Program-made: the position numbers and the translations under genes
Shown here: positions 23,820 to 36,300 of the stretch, in pieces
Layout: each line of letters starts with the position of its first letter
How positions within the stretch are numbered: the first letter of the stretch is position 1
Notes under the pieces: generated by a model
What the model saw: only the letters and a program-made list of their open reading frames with translations
The model's database searches: none
Told to the model about the DNA's origin: nothing
Assembly (NCBI RefSeq): GCF_026571515.1
Contig: NW_026859889.1
Location: forward strand, 1 to 64,000
Reading direction: 5' to 3'
Source of the DNA: Ruditapes philippinarum
Lineage: Eukaryota
Length of the DNA stretch: 64,000 bases

Positions 23820-24419
23820 TAGCTTACCAGACATGATACAAGTACATTTATACTTACATTTGTACTTACATGAATACTTACAGTACATGATAAATTCACA
23901 GAATGGACCATTTAAGCGCTCGTTCAGTTTAAACACCATCTCACCGGTGTATGAAAACTATAAAGGCCTATAAAATTGCACGTGATTCCCTTAAAAACCA
24001 CGTGGTACTTACTGACAATTTTATATGATATGATTTAGTTTACGACATGTTTTCTGTCTTAATTGGTGCACGCAACATTGTGGAGACATTGTATTGCAAA
24101 CATATTTATATGTATGTAGTTGTAATAAATACATTATACATATGTGATAAATGAAAAAGCAATTTTATTTATATTTAAGTTTCCATGTCATATATTACAT
24201 AAGTTAGTAGATATAGATGATATTTTATTTTATTTGTTTTTACGATTAAGATCCTAATGCGGCAATACAATCGCTTTGACAAATTACGTATCACTGGTAT
24301 TGTCTTTCAAGAGCGACATAGACTAATATTTATCTATTTCCAAGAAACATATTCTTTAATAATTCCGACACATTTTTCTTGTATTGTTTTGGGTAAAAGT
24401 ATCTCATGACATCCTTATC

Positions 24420-25027
24420 CACGATGGGCCACCAAATTATGGATTCACTACTGATCCCTTCTGGAAAATATCATATGGTGGCTGATTTGTGCCACTAGTG
24501 TTTTCGCCCCGCGACCCAGCGAAAAGTCGAGAATTAACAAGTTAAAATGGCGGGGCGCGGAGCGAAAACACGCTAATTAGCGAGAGCGCGGGGCGAAGTT
24601 TAATAAATAATAAATAAAACTTCGCCACGGGGCAGGGGGCGGGGCGCGGAGCGAAAACATGCTAATTAGCGGGGGTGCGGAACGAAGTTTAATAAATAAA
24701 ACTTCGCCCCGCGCCCCCGCTTATTTAAAGACAACAGTTAACTGTATTGCATCTACCGTGTCTGACCATTTTATTAAATTGCGTGGCGTTGTCATGTGAT
24801 CTTTTATTAATTTGTCGTGTGTCATGGCTGAAAGGAAACTACACGACGTTGCTTAATATATTATCAGGAGTCGTGTCGGATATTAACGACGTGTGTTTAT
24901 TTTTAAAATAAAAGCGTGACATAGAATTATAACGACACGATGTTTGACATGAGCTGAAATAATACATGACACGCCATATACGACACGACACCACACAGAC
25001 GTGTTTGCCCGCCATGGTCCATCGCAA
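24420..25027. repeat. CpG-rich repeat element with internal direct/inverted repeats (probable degenerate MITE)
   Basis: Duplicated GGCGGGGCGCGGAGCGAAAACA.GCTAATTAGCG...CGAAGTTTAATAAATAAAACTTCG units, followed by GACACGAC/CGTGTC arrays. Imperfect termini CACGATGGGCCA / TGGTCCATCGCA. No clear TSD. Confidence 0.6.
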
Positions 25028-25164
25028 GGCCAAAACGCTATATTTATCTTCTTATTTGCTAATCATGGGTCATATAGCATTTGTAAATTAAGATATAGAC
25101 ATGCTGAAATGGGTTAATTTGTTGTTATAGGCCTAGATCTATTTGTAAAAAATGTCTTGTAAAA

Positions 25165-25280
25165 ATTCGGAAAGGAAGAGTGTAGGACTAATTTAACGGG
25201 AAGCTTATTACTGTGACACCTATTGTAATCGTAAAAAAGATGGCGTCTGGTTAGATATATTTTCTCTGCAGTATTATTTG
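25165..25280 (+). promoter_or_regulatory. Putative promoter / non-coding first exon of the BTB-ZF gene
   Basis: ETS-like CGGAA, YY1-like AAGATGGCG at 25237-25245, and a donor-like TTG|GTAAAT at 25280/81. The downstream coding exon begins at an acceptor (27295/96) 15 nt before the ATG, which implies an upstream exon. Confidence 0.45.
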
Positions 25281-25519
25281 GTAAATAGGAGTATTTTGGG
25301 TGATTTAAAGATTATTTAAGATATATTTATCTATGATATTCTTTTTGCTGTCTTTATTTTGACTTTGATTTAATATGCAATCTAAAACAACTGAGTACAA
25401 TTGCGAATAAACAACAAAATTTACGTTGCACAATATCAAAAGTTTATACAGGGGCGGATATAAAGTGAGATAGCGAAGCAGTGGGGTTGCTGTTGCATAG
25501 AAGGTTCAATTAAATATTT

Positions 25520-26265
25520 TGCTTTCGCATGCAGGTCTTCAAAAGGCATTTAAACATGAATAATGGCGTATAATCCGAGCAATTGGTGAATCTAAAGGCA
25601 GTCATGGCACACTTTAACTGATAAAGCGAAACAAAAGGCATTATAACGTGAAAGCGTAACAAAAGGCGAAAGTGAAACGAAAGGCTTAATAATGCTCAGT
25701 GATAGTTGTAATTATGCAAATCATAACACGAAATAAAAAGCATTTAATAAACATGAATACAGGCGTTATAACGCAAATCAAAAGGCATGTCAGACACAAA
25801 CCAAATTGCAGACTTACTGATTAAAGTGAAACGAAATGCGAAATGAAAAGCATAATTACGCAAATCAGAAACCGTTATAAAGCAAAACAAAAGGCATTTA
25901 AAGATGAATAGATTATAACGCTAACAAAACGACATAGTAACGTGATTCGTGATCAAAAGGCATAGCACAAACCAGATTGAAAGTGGAACAAAATGCGTTA
26001 TAAATTATATAATGTAAAACAAAAGGTGTCGCAAAGAGAATCAAAATTCGTAATAATGCAAATTGAAAGGCAGAATTACATAAATGTAAATCAGAAATCA
26101 TTATATTGGGAAACAAAAGGTGTTCTAATGTGAATAAAGGTGTTACAACCTGAATAAAAAGGCGTAATTACTTGATACAAGTGTGAAACATATAAGGCAA
26201 AAAGCGTTATAATTAAAGGCGTTTATAACATGAACAAAAATATTAAGGCATTATTACCATAAGGT
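25520..26265. repeat. Degenerate short-period tandem repeat (AAAAGGC...TTATAACG)
   Basis: Many AAAGGC(A/G)TT(A)TAA motifs at ~20-35 bp spacing. The pattern resumes briefly after 26763. Confidence 0.6.
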
Positions 26266-26273
26266 GTTGTAAT

Positions 26274-26755
26274 TAGTGATGTTCCGATTGTCGCCAGTCG
26301 CCGAAAATCACTTACTGTTATGTAAAGCGACAATAATCGATTCATAAAAATTTGTTCCGCGACGTCGTCGAAAATGTTTAAAGTTTCAAAGGGAATTATT
26401 CTGACGGTAATTTTCACCTCGCCGATCGCAAAAAATAATGTCAGAGACAATTTGGAGTTAAACAGAATCAATAAGTAATGTAAACAATAGTAATGTAATG
26501 TGATTTGAATGTTATTATTTGACATACATTGAAAAATAAAAGCTATTTCGTAAAATTATGACTATACAAGGTTAAAACTGTGTTGAAAAGTGCTAAATGA
26601 AGTTCATGTTACTGAATATAATCAAGTGCCTATGGAAGAAATGTTACTTCCCTATTTCTTTTTAAACGCGACTTTATTCGAAAAGTTATCGATTATGTCC
26701 CATCCGACTGAACCGATGATCGATTGGGACAAATTTCATCCGATTTCCATCACTA
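26274..26755. mobile_element. hAT-type non-autonomous DNA transposon, 482 bp
   Basis: TIR TAGTGATG...CATCACTA with a perfect 8-bp TSD GTTGTAAT (26266-26273 and 26756-26763). Subterminal CCGA/ATCG motifs. Confidence 0.88.
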
Positions 26756-27310
26756 GTTGTAATGCGAACCAAAACACATAATATTGTTTATATTGTAATA
26801 TGTTTATGGTTAAGAATTTAAGAGCAGACTTTACATACATGTAACTTGCATTTTGTATAAATTACGTTAAATTTGCCTTTAATACATGAACGTTGCTCTT
26901 TGTATTTAAAGGTGTTTTTTAAGGGTTTATAAATTAACTGGAAGAGTTACATGTATCATAAACTTTTATTGATCTAACTTGAGTTATTACATGTATAACT
27001 ATGAATCACAATCTGGCCATTTTAAGACTAATAAATACCAATAAATCCCTGTCATATTCGTTTATCTAAAATATCATTGCAGCCCTATTGCCAGTCCACC
27101 TGTACAGTACTTCAGTACTTTGATTCCTTTTTTGAAAGCAAAGTTAATGGGCACAGATGTCTATAACTAAGAGCTGACTAAGTGTCTGAAAGATGTTGTA
27201 CATCTAACTTTCATTTGGTATGAATCATGGTAAATTTGATTTACATGTACATTGCTCTTTGTATTTAGATTTAATTGTTTTTAATATTTGTGCAGGTAAC
27301 TGAAATAAAA

Positions 27311-30300
27311 ATGGAGATAATTGATGTTCCCTCCTACTCCATGCATCTACTAGAGCAGCTGAATCTTCTACGCCAAGATCAAATGTTCTGTGATGTCACA
27401 ATTGCCTGCCAAAACAGCACAATGTTAGTCCACCAGGTTGTTCTAGAGGCCGCCAGCCCATACTTTCATCAATGCATTGAAAAATCTGCATCTGACCAAT
27501 GCTGCATAGACTTTACTCGTTTTGATGAGAAATTGTTAGGAATTGTAATTGATTTCCTATATTCAAGTAAGTTAAAAGTTTCTAGGGATACAGTAGGAAA
27601 TGTTATGGAAATTTGTGATGAACTGCATCTACAGTCTGCAGTAGATGCTTGTAACTTCTTCATACAGTTCGGAAATCAGAAACAACACACGGAAAACGAT
27701 ACTGAAACAGATGTTATTGAAAATGAAACTGCAACAGGTACTGTTACTGACAATCCTGTAAGGAAAAAACGTAAAGCAGCAACCATGCATGAAGAGATTT
27801 CCCCAAAACTTAATGCAAAAGCCAAAAAGGTAGCCACTGATAAGCCTAAAAGAACAAGGAAAGCATACAAACCAAAACAAAGGAAAGCATCTTCCAGAAA
27901 GGTAGTACCTGTTAAGATAACTAAAGCAGCTGAGAAAAATGTGAAAGATGAATTCAATCTTGTTAAAGAAGAAGAAAATAATCTTAATAATAATGGTGAT
28001 GAAATGGATTCTAATGAAGTTGAAGAAACTGCTGAAGCTATTGTTAAGATAGAAAAAACTGGCTTTGAACCTGAAAATGTGCTGCAAGAAAATGAAGATA
28101 ATGTTAATGATATAGATGATGAGGATGATGATGAAGATTGTAATGATGATGATAGTGATACTGATGATTATGATAGTAATATTGTTGATGAGTCACAAAA
28201 TTCTTTGACCGCTGATGATGGTAATATAAAAAGAATTGATGCCGAAGGTAGAGTTTTGAAGAAAAAAGTTAGAAAGAAAAGAGATGATCCAACAGTAAAG
28301 AAATCCAAGAAGAGGAGAAGAAAACCTTTTCCATGTTCTATGTGTTCAAAAACTTTGACTAGCAAGAAGAGGCAAATTTTTCATGAGTACAGCAAGCATG
28401 GAACACCAATAGATTTCAAGAACATCACATTTGCTGTCAGCCCTTGCAGTGTTGAGGCAAGTTTGATTTCATTTATTTTCCTAATTAAATATAATTTGTA
28501 GTATGTACTTAAAGAAAGTTTGAGACATTTAGTTTTGTGAAATATATTCACAAAGTAATGTATTGCCTTTCTGGTTGATAAATATGAAAATTTATACATT
28601 TACATAATCAAACGCCTCCTGTGGCAGAGGGGTTTCCATCAATGGCTGAGACATAAAAATGCCTGGTTGATCATAAAAGGCAATTAAATTACCTCCAGCA
28701 GAAGAGGCGGTTTTGACCCCTGAGGTTGCTTTACTCATTTATAATTTGGCTCTCCTTTACCAATGACTTTTTTCATGTATTATTGACACTTACAGAAGAT
28801 CAGTGGTTCAACTTACGCAAACAAAAATCATTAATATGAATAATTAATAATGTAATATTTCATAAAGTTTGTTTTTTTTTGGTCAAGAAATATATAACTA
28901 TTGAGGTACATACTTCTATGTAAACATTATTTCATATTCAAATTATACATGATTTAATCATTTTTCTTTTTGCTTTACTTAAGCAATATTCACATTTATG
29001 TATTTTGTGCTAATGTTATTATGTTTTATGGTGATTTTGTCACATGCTTGTTCAGACTGCATGGTTCAGTGGCTACATAGTTATAATCCAATCCTTACAG
29101 GGTAAAATAAATTTGAATTTTAAGACCAGTCTCCATCTTCTGAGTTTTTATTGGTTGATCTACCAGACACAGTCTATAAATTTGACCAATAGATATGTAT
29201 TTAATTAATTGACTGGTTTTCAAATTCATTTCAAAATACAAATTTTTTCTCCTTAAAAAAAGTTTATGGTAATTATACAATTTCACAATAAATGCAGCCA
29301 GTTTACCATTTGGGGGAAACAGCAATTTTTTGATATTGGGATTGCTTCTTTGACATGTATATATGTACATATACATTGTACATGTACAAGAAGTAACTTT
29401 GTAGGGGAGAAGTCAGTTTACTGCTGTAGGGGCACCAAATTAAATTAAGAATCCATTTATAATTATAGGGCTGTAACTATGTAGCTGCTAACCCACACAA
29501 TCTCGACATGCATATGAAAAGTCGTCATGGTAATGCACGGCCACATATTTGTGAATTTTGTGGCAAAGCTTTTAAGTTACCGAACATTTTGGCGACCCAT
29601 CTCAACATTCACACTGGCTCAAAGTCGTGGAAGTGTGACTATTGTGGAGAAAGTTTTAACCAACAGAGTGGACTGCAAGTAAGTGTCATAATAATTAATT
29701 ACCTAAGATACGATTAAGATGAGTGCCTGTGAGCATTTTTGAATGTTTTTCGTCATATGTTTCTCTTTTGTGGAAATAGCATTTTGGGAATAAAATTATG
29801 TTGGTAATAGTCATAAGCAGACTGTAGCTGAAGGAGCACCCTTATTAGCTGGGCTTGTGATAGTAACTAAGGGAATGTCCCTGATTCCCTGGTCCTGTGA
29901 CAGTCACTAAAGGAATGTCCCTGATTCCCTAGTTTTGTGACAGTAACTTAAAAGAATCCTTGATTCCTTGGCTCTGTGCTTAAACTGAGGGAATGTCCAT
30001 GATTCCCTGGCCCTGTGACAGTAACTGAAGGAATGTCCCTGATTCCCTGGGACTGTGACAGTAACTAAAGGAATGTCCCTGATTCCCTGGGACTGTGACA
30101 GTAACTGAAGGAATGTCCCTGATTCCCTGGCCCTGTGACAGTTACTAAAGGAATGTCACTGATTCCCTCATTAAATAAAGTCGTTACTTACTTACTTACT
30201 TACCTGGGACTGTGACGATAACTGAAGGAATGTCCCTGATTACCTGGTCCTGTGACAGTAATTTAAGGAATGTCCCTGATTCCCTACTTTTGTGACAGTA

Positions 30301-33300
30301 ACTTAAAAGAATCCCTGATTCCTTGGCCCTGTGACAGTAACTGAAGGAATGTCCCTGATTTTCTGACCATGTGAGAGTAACAAAAGAAGTGTCCCAGATT
30401 CCCTGGGCCTATGACAGTAACTCAAGATGCCTATGACAGTAACTCAAGATATGTCTTATTCTCTGGTTCTGTGACAGAAACAAAAGGAGTAACCCTCATC
30501 CCTGGACCTGTGACAATAAAAAGGAATCCCTTATTCCCTGGCCCTGTCTTACTAAATCAGAATCAAATTCTGATTTTATTTATATTTCTGCTTGAAAATT
30601 ACATTCCAAAGAAACAAATTTATTTCATACAAACAGGGAATATTTACTATGTTTATTTGCTTTAAAAAAGATCATATACATTAAGTTTGTGAACACACGC
30701 TGAATGTTATTCAAATATCATGAATTTTTTTTTCAAAAATACTGTAACATTTTATTGATAACTCTTAATCGTGAAATGCCTTGTTTTATTGGTTGTAAGT
30801 TAATTGTATTAAAATGTTTGTGTACATGCAGTAAAACACTATTTCATCATTTCTATATTTAGGTACATGTAAAGCGGTATCACATGGGAGAGTCATCGTG
30901 GACAGAGATGTGTCACATGTGCTCGGAGAAATTTCTACAGAAAGCTGACCTGGCCTGGCATCTGTTTAAAGTTCATAAACAACCTCTGCCAGACAATTAT
31001 AAAATGTATGTTTAAAACAATTTTAGTTTCAAAATGATACAATGTACATGTATATAGGCATGCTCTAGCTATGGCGACCTCAATCTATAGAACCAGCTCA
31101 TGACTAACATTCAAACTACACAACCATGCACTGTCTGATACCTGAATGGGGGTGAATATGAATCTTGGCTGTGATTGGTTAATATTTATATTTGTAGTTA
31201 ATGCTTAGTTTACTATATTACTGCTGGTATAGACACATTATTGAATCAGTGGAGGTTCCATCACATCATATTAAAGGGAATTATAGAATTTGCAGTTGAC
31301 TACTTTTTTTTTACTATCACATCATATAACACACTATTTAGATAAAAAAAGTTTTGTTATGTTTTTAGCTCACCTGTCACAAAGTGACAGGGTGAGCTCT
31401 TGTGATCGCTTTTCGTCCGGCGTCCGTAAACTTTTACTTTAAATGACATCTCCTCATAAACCACTAGGCCAATTTCATCCAAACTTCACAGGAATGTTCC
31501 TTTGGTGGTCACCTTTAAAAATTGTTCAAAGAATTTAATTCCATGCAGAACTCTGGTTGCCATGGCAACCGAAAGAAAAAACTTTAAATATCTTCTTTTA
31601 AAAAACCCTAAGAGCTAGAGCTTAGATATTTGGCATAAAACATCTTCTAGTGAGTGTCTACCAAGTTTGTTCAAATAAAAGCCCTGGGGTCAAAAATTGG
31701 CCCCGCCCCAGGGGGTCATTGTTTTTCCCTATATGCATATAGTAAAAACTTAAAAAATCTTCTTTTAAAGAACTCAAAGAGCTAGAGCTAAGATATTTAG
31801 CATCAAACATGTTCTAATAGGTGTCTACCAAGTTTGTTCAAATAAAAGCCCTGGGGACAAAATTGGCCCAGCCCCAGGGGTCATTGATTTTCCTTATATG
31901 TGTATAGCAAAAACTTAAAAAATCTTCTTTGAAAAAACCCAAACAGACAGAGTTTAGATATTAAGCATGAAACATCTTTTAGTAAGTGTCTACAAAGTTT
32001 GTTCAAATAAAAGCCCTGGGGTCAAAACTGGCTCCGCCCCAGGGGTGTCATTGTTTTTAACTATATGTGTATAGTAAAAACTTAAAAAAATCTTCTTTTA
32101 AAAAGCCCAATGAGCTAGAGCTTAGATATTTAGCATGAACATCTTCTTATAGGTGTCTACCAAGTTTGTTCAAATAAAAGCCCTGGGGTCAAAATTGGCC
32201 CCGCCCCAGGGGGTCATTGATTTTCCCTATATGCATATAGTAAAAACTTAAAAAATCTTCTTTTAAAGAACTCAAAGAGCTAGAGCTAAGATATTTAGCA
32301 TCAAACATGTTCTAATAGGTGTCTACCAAGTTTGTTCAAATAAAAGCCCTGGGGTCAAAATTGGCCCCGCTCCCGGGGTCATTGATTTTCCTTTTATGTG
32401 TATAGCAAAAACTTAAAAAATCTTCTTTGAAAAAACCCAAATAGCTAGAGTTTAGATATTAAGCATGAAACATCTTCTAGTGAGTGTCTACAAAGTTTGT
32501 TCAAATAAAAGCCTTGGGGTCAAAATTGGCCCCGCCCCGGGGGTCATTGATTTTCCTTATATGTGTATATCAAAAACTTAAAATCTTCTTTGAAAAAACC
32601 CAAACAGCTAGAGTTTAGATATTAAGCATGAAACATCTTCTAGTGAGTGTCTACAAAGTTTGTTCAAATAAAAGCCCTGGGGTCAAAATTGGCCCCGCCC
32701 CAGGGGTGTCATTGTTTTTAACTATATGTGTATAGTAAAAACTTAAAAAAAATCTTCTTTTAAAAAGCCCAATGAGGTAGAGCTTAGATGTTTAGCATGA
32801 AAAATCTTCTTATGGGTGGGGGGGGGGGCTATATACTGGTGAGCGACCTCAGGGCCATCATGGCCCTCTTGTTTTTTTAAACAATTTAAAGAACCTACAC
32901 ATAGTAATCAAAAAAAAATTTTAAGGCTTTAAGAATTTAAGAGAACTTAAAACCTCATCATTCAAACCATAAGCTACACATACTTTCCTACTTAAGGCAT
33001 GAGGCAAAAGTGTAGTCGGACCTCTTTCATTATAATTGTTTTCTAGATCAAACCATCCAGCTAGTTTGCAGACGGTTTTTAGTTCTCCTACGGAACTAAC
33101 TGTACACATTCCATATTTACTACATTTAATTCATTTACCGATACTGGTATACGGTATATTGCCTTGGTTGATAGTGCCCACTTTTGACTGAAATAGTGCA
33201 TGATTGATCCAGTGTCTTTTTTGATTGGAAATCGGTAGCATCCAACAAATCAAAATACCGAATAGGGAGACTGTTTTCACTGGTAGTATCTGAGATATTG

Positions 33301-36300
33301 CTTAATCTAATAATCTAACAGAATGATGTAATGTTTAAAGGTGCTGTAATGCTCTGAATTAGATTTGGTATGACTTGTAGACAAAGTTACATTTTGAATA
33401 TCTTTATTTTTTTTTTTCAGGTATGTGTGTGATATATGTGGATTTAGTACCATGAAGTCTCAACAGTTAAAACAACATAGAGAGCGACATGATGGTAGGA
33501 ACTATTTTACCTGTTGTATCTTAACCCCTTGCAGTAGTAGGTTCCAATCCTTTTAGGGATATTTGAATTTTTTCGTTTATGCAAGCTGTCAAACTTGTTT
33601 AGTTTACTGGTTTCACAGCAGTATTGTGGCCTTGTGGCTGAGGGGATGCCTCTACCAGTTGAGGCATCAGAATTGCAGCCCGAGTTTAACCCTGTGTGAA
33701 AGCAAGAGGTAACTTAATGGGTTCGAATTATTGAAGTATATATATATATATATCTTTGCTCCAGCAGTTGGGGTTGTTTTGACCGTCACCCCTGATGTTG
33801 CTTCAAATTTGTAACAACCAAAGTTTGGCAAAATCATCTTTCCAGTTTGGCATAATATGGCCTAAACTGTGTTGGTTAGTGGTTGTACTCAGGTGATTGC
33901 TTGTGCCTGAAATAATGCACAGAAGGGCACATGAGGTTGTCCTCAACCGATAAAGCTGGAATGTTGCCACATGACCTATGCTGTGTGGTGTGACGTAAAA
34001 CCCAACAACAAAAAATATATTAATAATAATTCTTCCAACTTTGAAGTTTTCAATATATTACCTGATTTATTTTGAAGGTATAAAGAATTTCATCTGCTCA
34101 ATTTGCTCAAAAGGCTGCAGTACAAAGAGTGAACTTAGGAGACATGTTAGCTTTCATGGAGGTTAGTACAGTTTTAATATCATCTATTATAATGATAAAC
34201 ATTTTTGGCCGGGTTGCACTGGTGCAAATCCGGTTTATAATATGGTGAATGTCGGGCGGCGGGCAGGCAGGCGGGCGGGCGGGGAAAATATTTTCGTAAC
34301 AGTTTTCTCAGCAACTACTTGCAGGGCACTCGTTTGGCCATTTTTGGGGCCGAATATCGGCCCCATTCCCCTCTCAAAATCATATGGTTTTTTCCCCTAT
34401 TTCAGTAAAAAATTCCCCTCAAAAAAAAAAAAATTGTAGTGTTAATGTTTGATATTTAAGAAAAAGGTGATGTTTTGATTTCATACAAATAAAATATAGT
34501 TAACTTTCAATGGACTGAAAACTAAAAAACAGTAGTCAACAACGCTTATGTTAAAACCGAAAGTAGCAGGAAGTGTACAGAAGGGAGTTAACTCCCGTAA
34601 AATTATTGACAAAATTAATGTGGCAGATTATCATCGTAGGAGTTTACCTTATATTCAATTTGTTTAGAGAATATACATACATTGTCAAACTTCTGCTAGA
34701 AAATAAACAAATCTGTTTTAATTTCTGTCTGTTGTTGTTGGAAAAAACGTATTTCTCTTGCATTTTCGTACTCAAATATTTTCGTACCAATTATTTCCGT
34801 ACCCAGTTTTACAGTTTCATACAATTTCCTCTGAAACCAATACCTTTCTTAGAAAAGTCAAAAAGCTTTCTTGTTTGTTTTTATTTAATTCTTATTTCAG
34901 TTTTCATTGTTATAATTGTTTCATTCTAAAGAACAGACAGAAATATGTAGAAAATAGTTTAAGAACTGACCAGTGCAGATTGCAAAATAGTGTGATAAAT
35001 TTTTAACATTAGAAATAAAGAAAACATTAATGACTATAATAGAAAATAATTTTGCTGTGTTTCCATAACTTGGGTACAAGTTAACATACCCTTGCCTAGG
35101 AAAATCTGCCTTTCCAAAGCTTGTTGCACTGAATCAATATTTTTTGTACAAGTTTAAAAAAAAAACACAACAAAAGCAACTGTCAGTTTTAATTTTTTAT
35201 CATAAAAAAATGCATTATGCTTGTTATAGCTTTTAATATAACCCAGGCCCTTATGTTTTTCAGAATTTGCATTTTACCCCTCACTCTAGAATTTGAGTGG
35301 TATATTAACCCTTGGCCAAAAACATATATCTGGACCTCTGATTGATGTCTGAGTCAGTCAAGTGCAATAAGAAAACAATAAAGAAAACAGTGAGATAGCC
35401 TACTTCAAGAACAACTTCATGTTATATGTTTTATTTGTTAGGTCTATAGTAATAAATATACTAGCTATTGTAAGTAATGGTAGGAAATAGTGCCAAGAGT
35501 TAGTGTAAAACCTAAATTTAAAGAACTCATATATGACTTAAAATTCCCCTTTTTGTCTTAAAATGACGCAAAATTCCCCTTTCTGAGGGTATGGGTACCT
35601 GTCCCCAAAAGTTGTCTAGTGCCCTGACTTATCACAGCCTCTTGATATTTGGCATACAGCATAGACACATGGTCCCATACTGTGGGATTTAATTCTGGTC
35701 TGCAGCTCATCTACTTCCTGTTTATCCACTTAGTTAAATTAGTTAGATTTTTTGACATTAATGATCAATGGTAGGAAATTTTCGTAACAGTTTTCTCAGC
35801 AACTACTTATCACAGCCTCTTGATATTTGGCATACAGCATTGACACATGGTCCCATACCGTGGGATTTGATTTCAGGTCTGCAGCTCATCTACTTCCTGT
35901 TTATCCACTTAGTTAAATTAGTTAGATTTTTCGACATTAATGGTCAATGGTAGGAAATTTTCGTAACAGTTTTCTCAGCAACTACTTATCACAGCCTCTT
36001 GATATTTGGCATACAGCATTGACACATGGTCCCATACCGTGGGATTTGATTTCAGGTCTGTCGCTCATCCACTTCCTGTTTATCCACTTAGTTAAATTAG
36101 TTAAATTTTTCAATATTAATGGTCAATGGTAGGAAATTTTCATAACAGTTTTCTCAGCAACTACTTATCAAAGCCTCTTGATATTTGGCATACAGCATTG
36201 ACACATGGTCCCATACCGTTGGATTTGATTTCAGGTCTGTCGCTCATCCACTTCCTGTTTATCCACTTAGTTAAATTAGTTAAATTTTTCAATATTAATG

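Noticed and set aside
29855-30548. CRISPR-like regular 40-bp repeats
   Set aside because: The units are head-to-tail with no unique spacers, there are no cas genes, and the array lies in a spliceosomal intron. It is a minisatellite.
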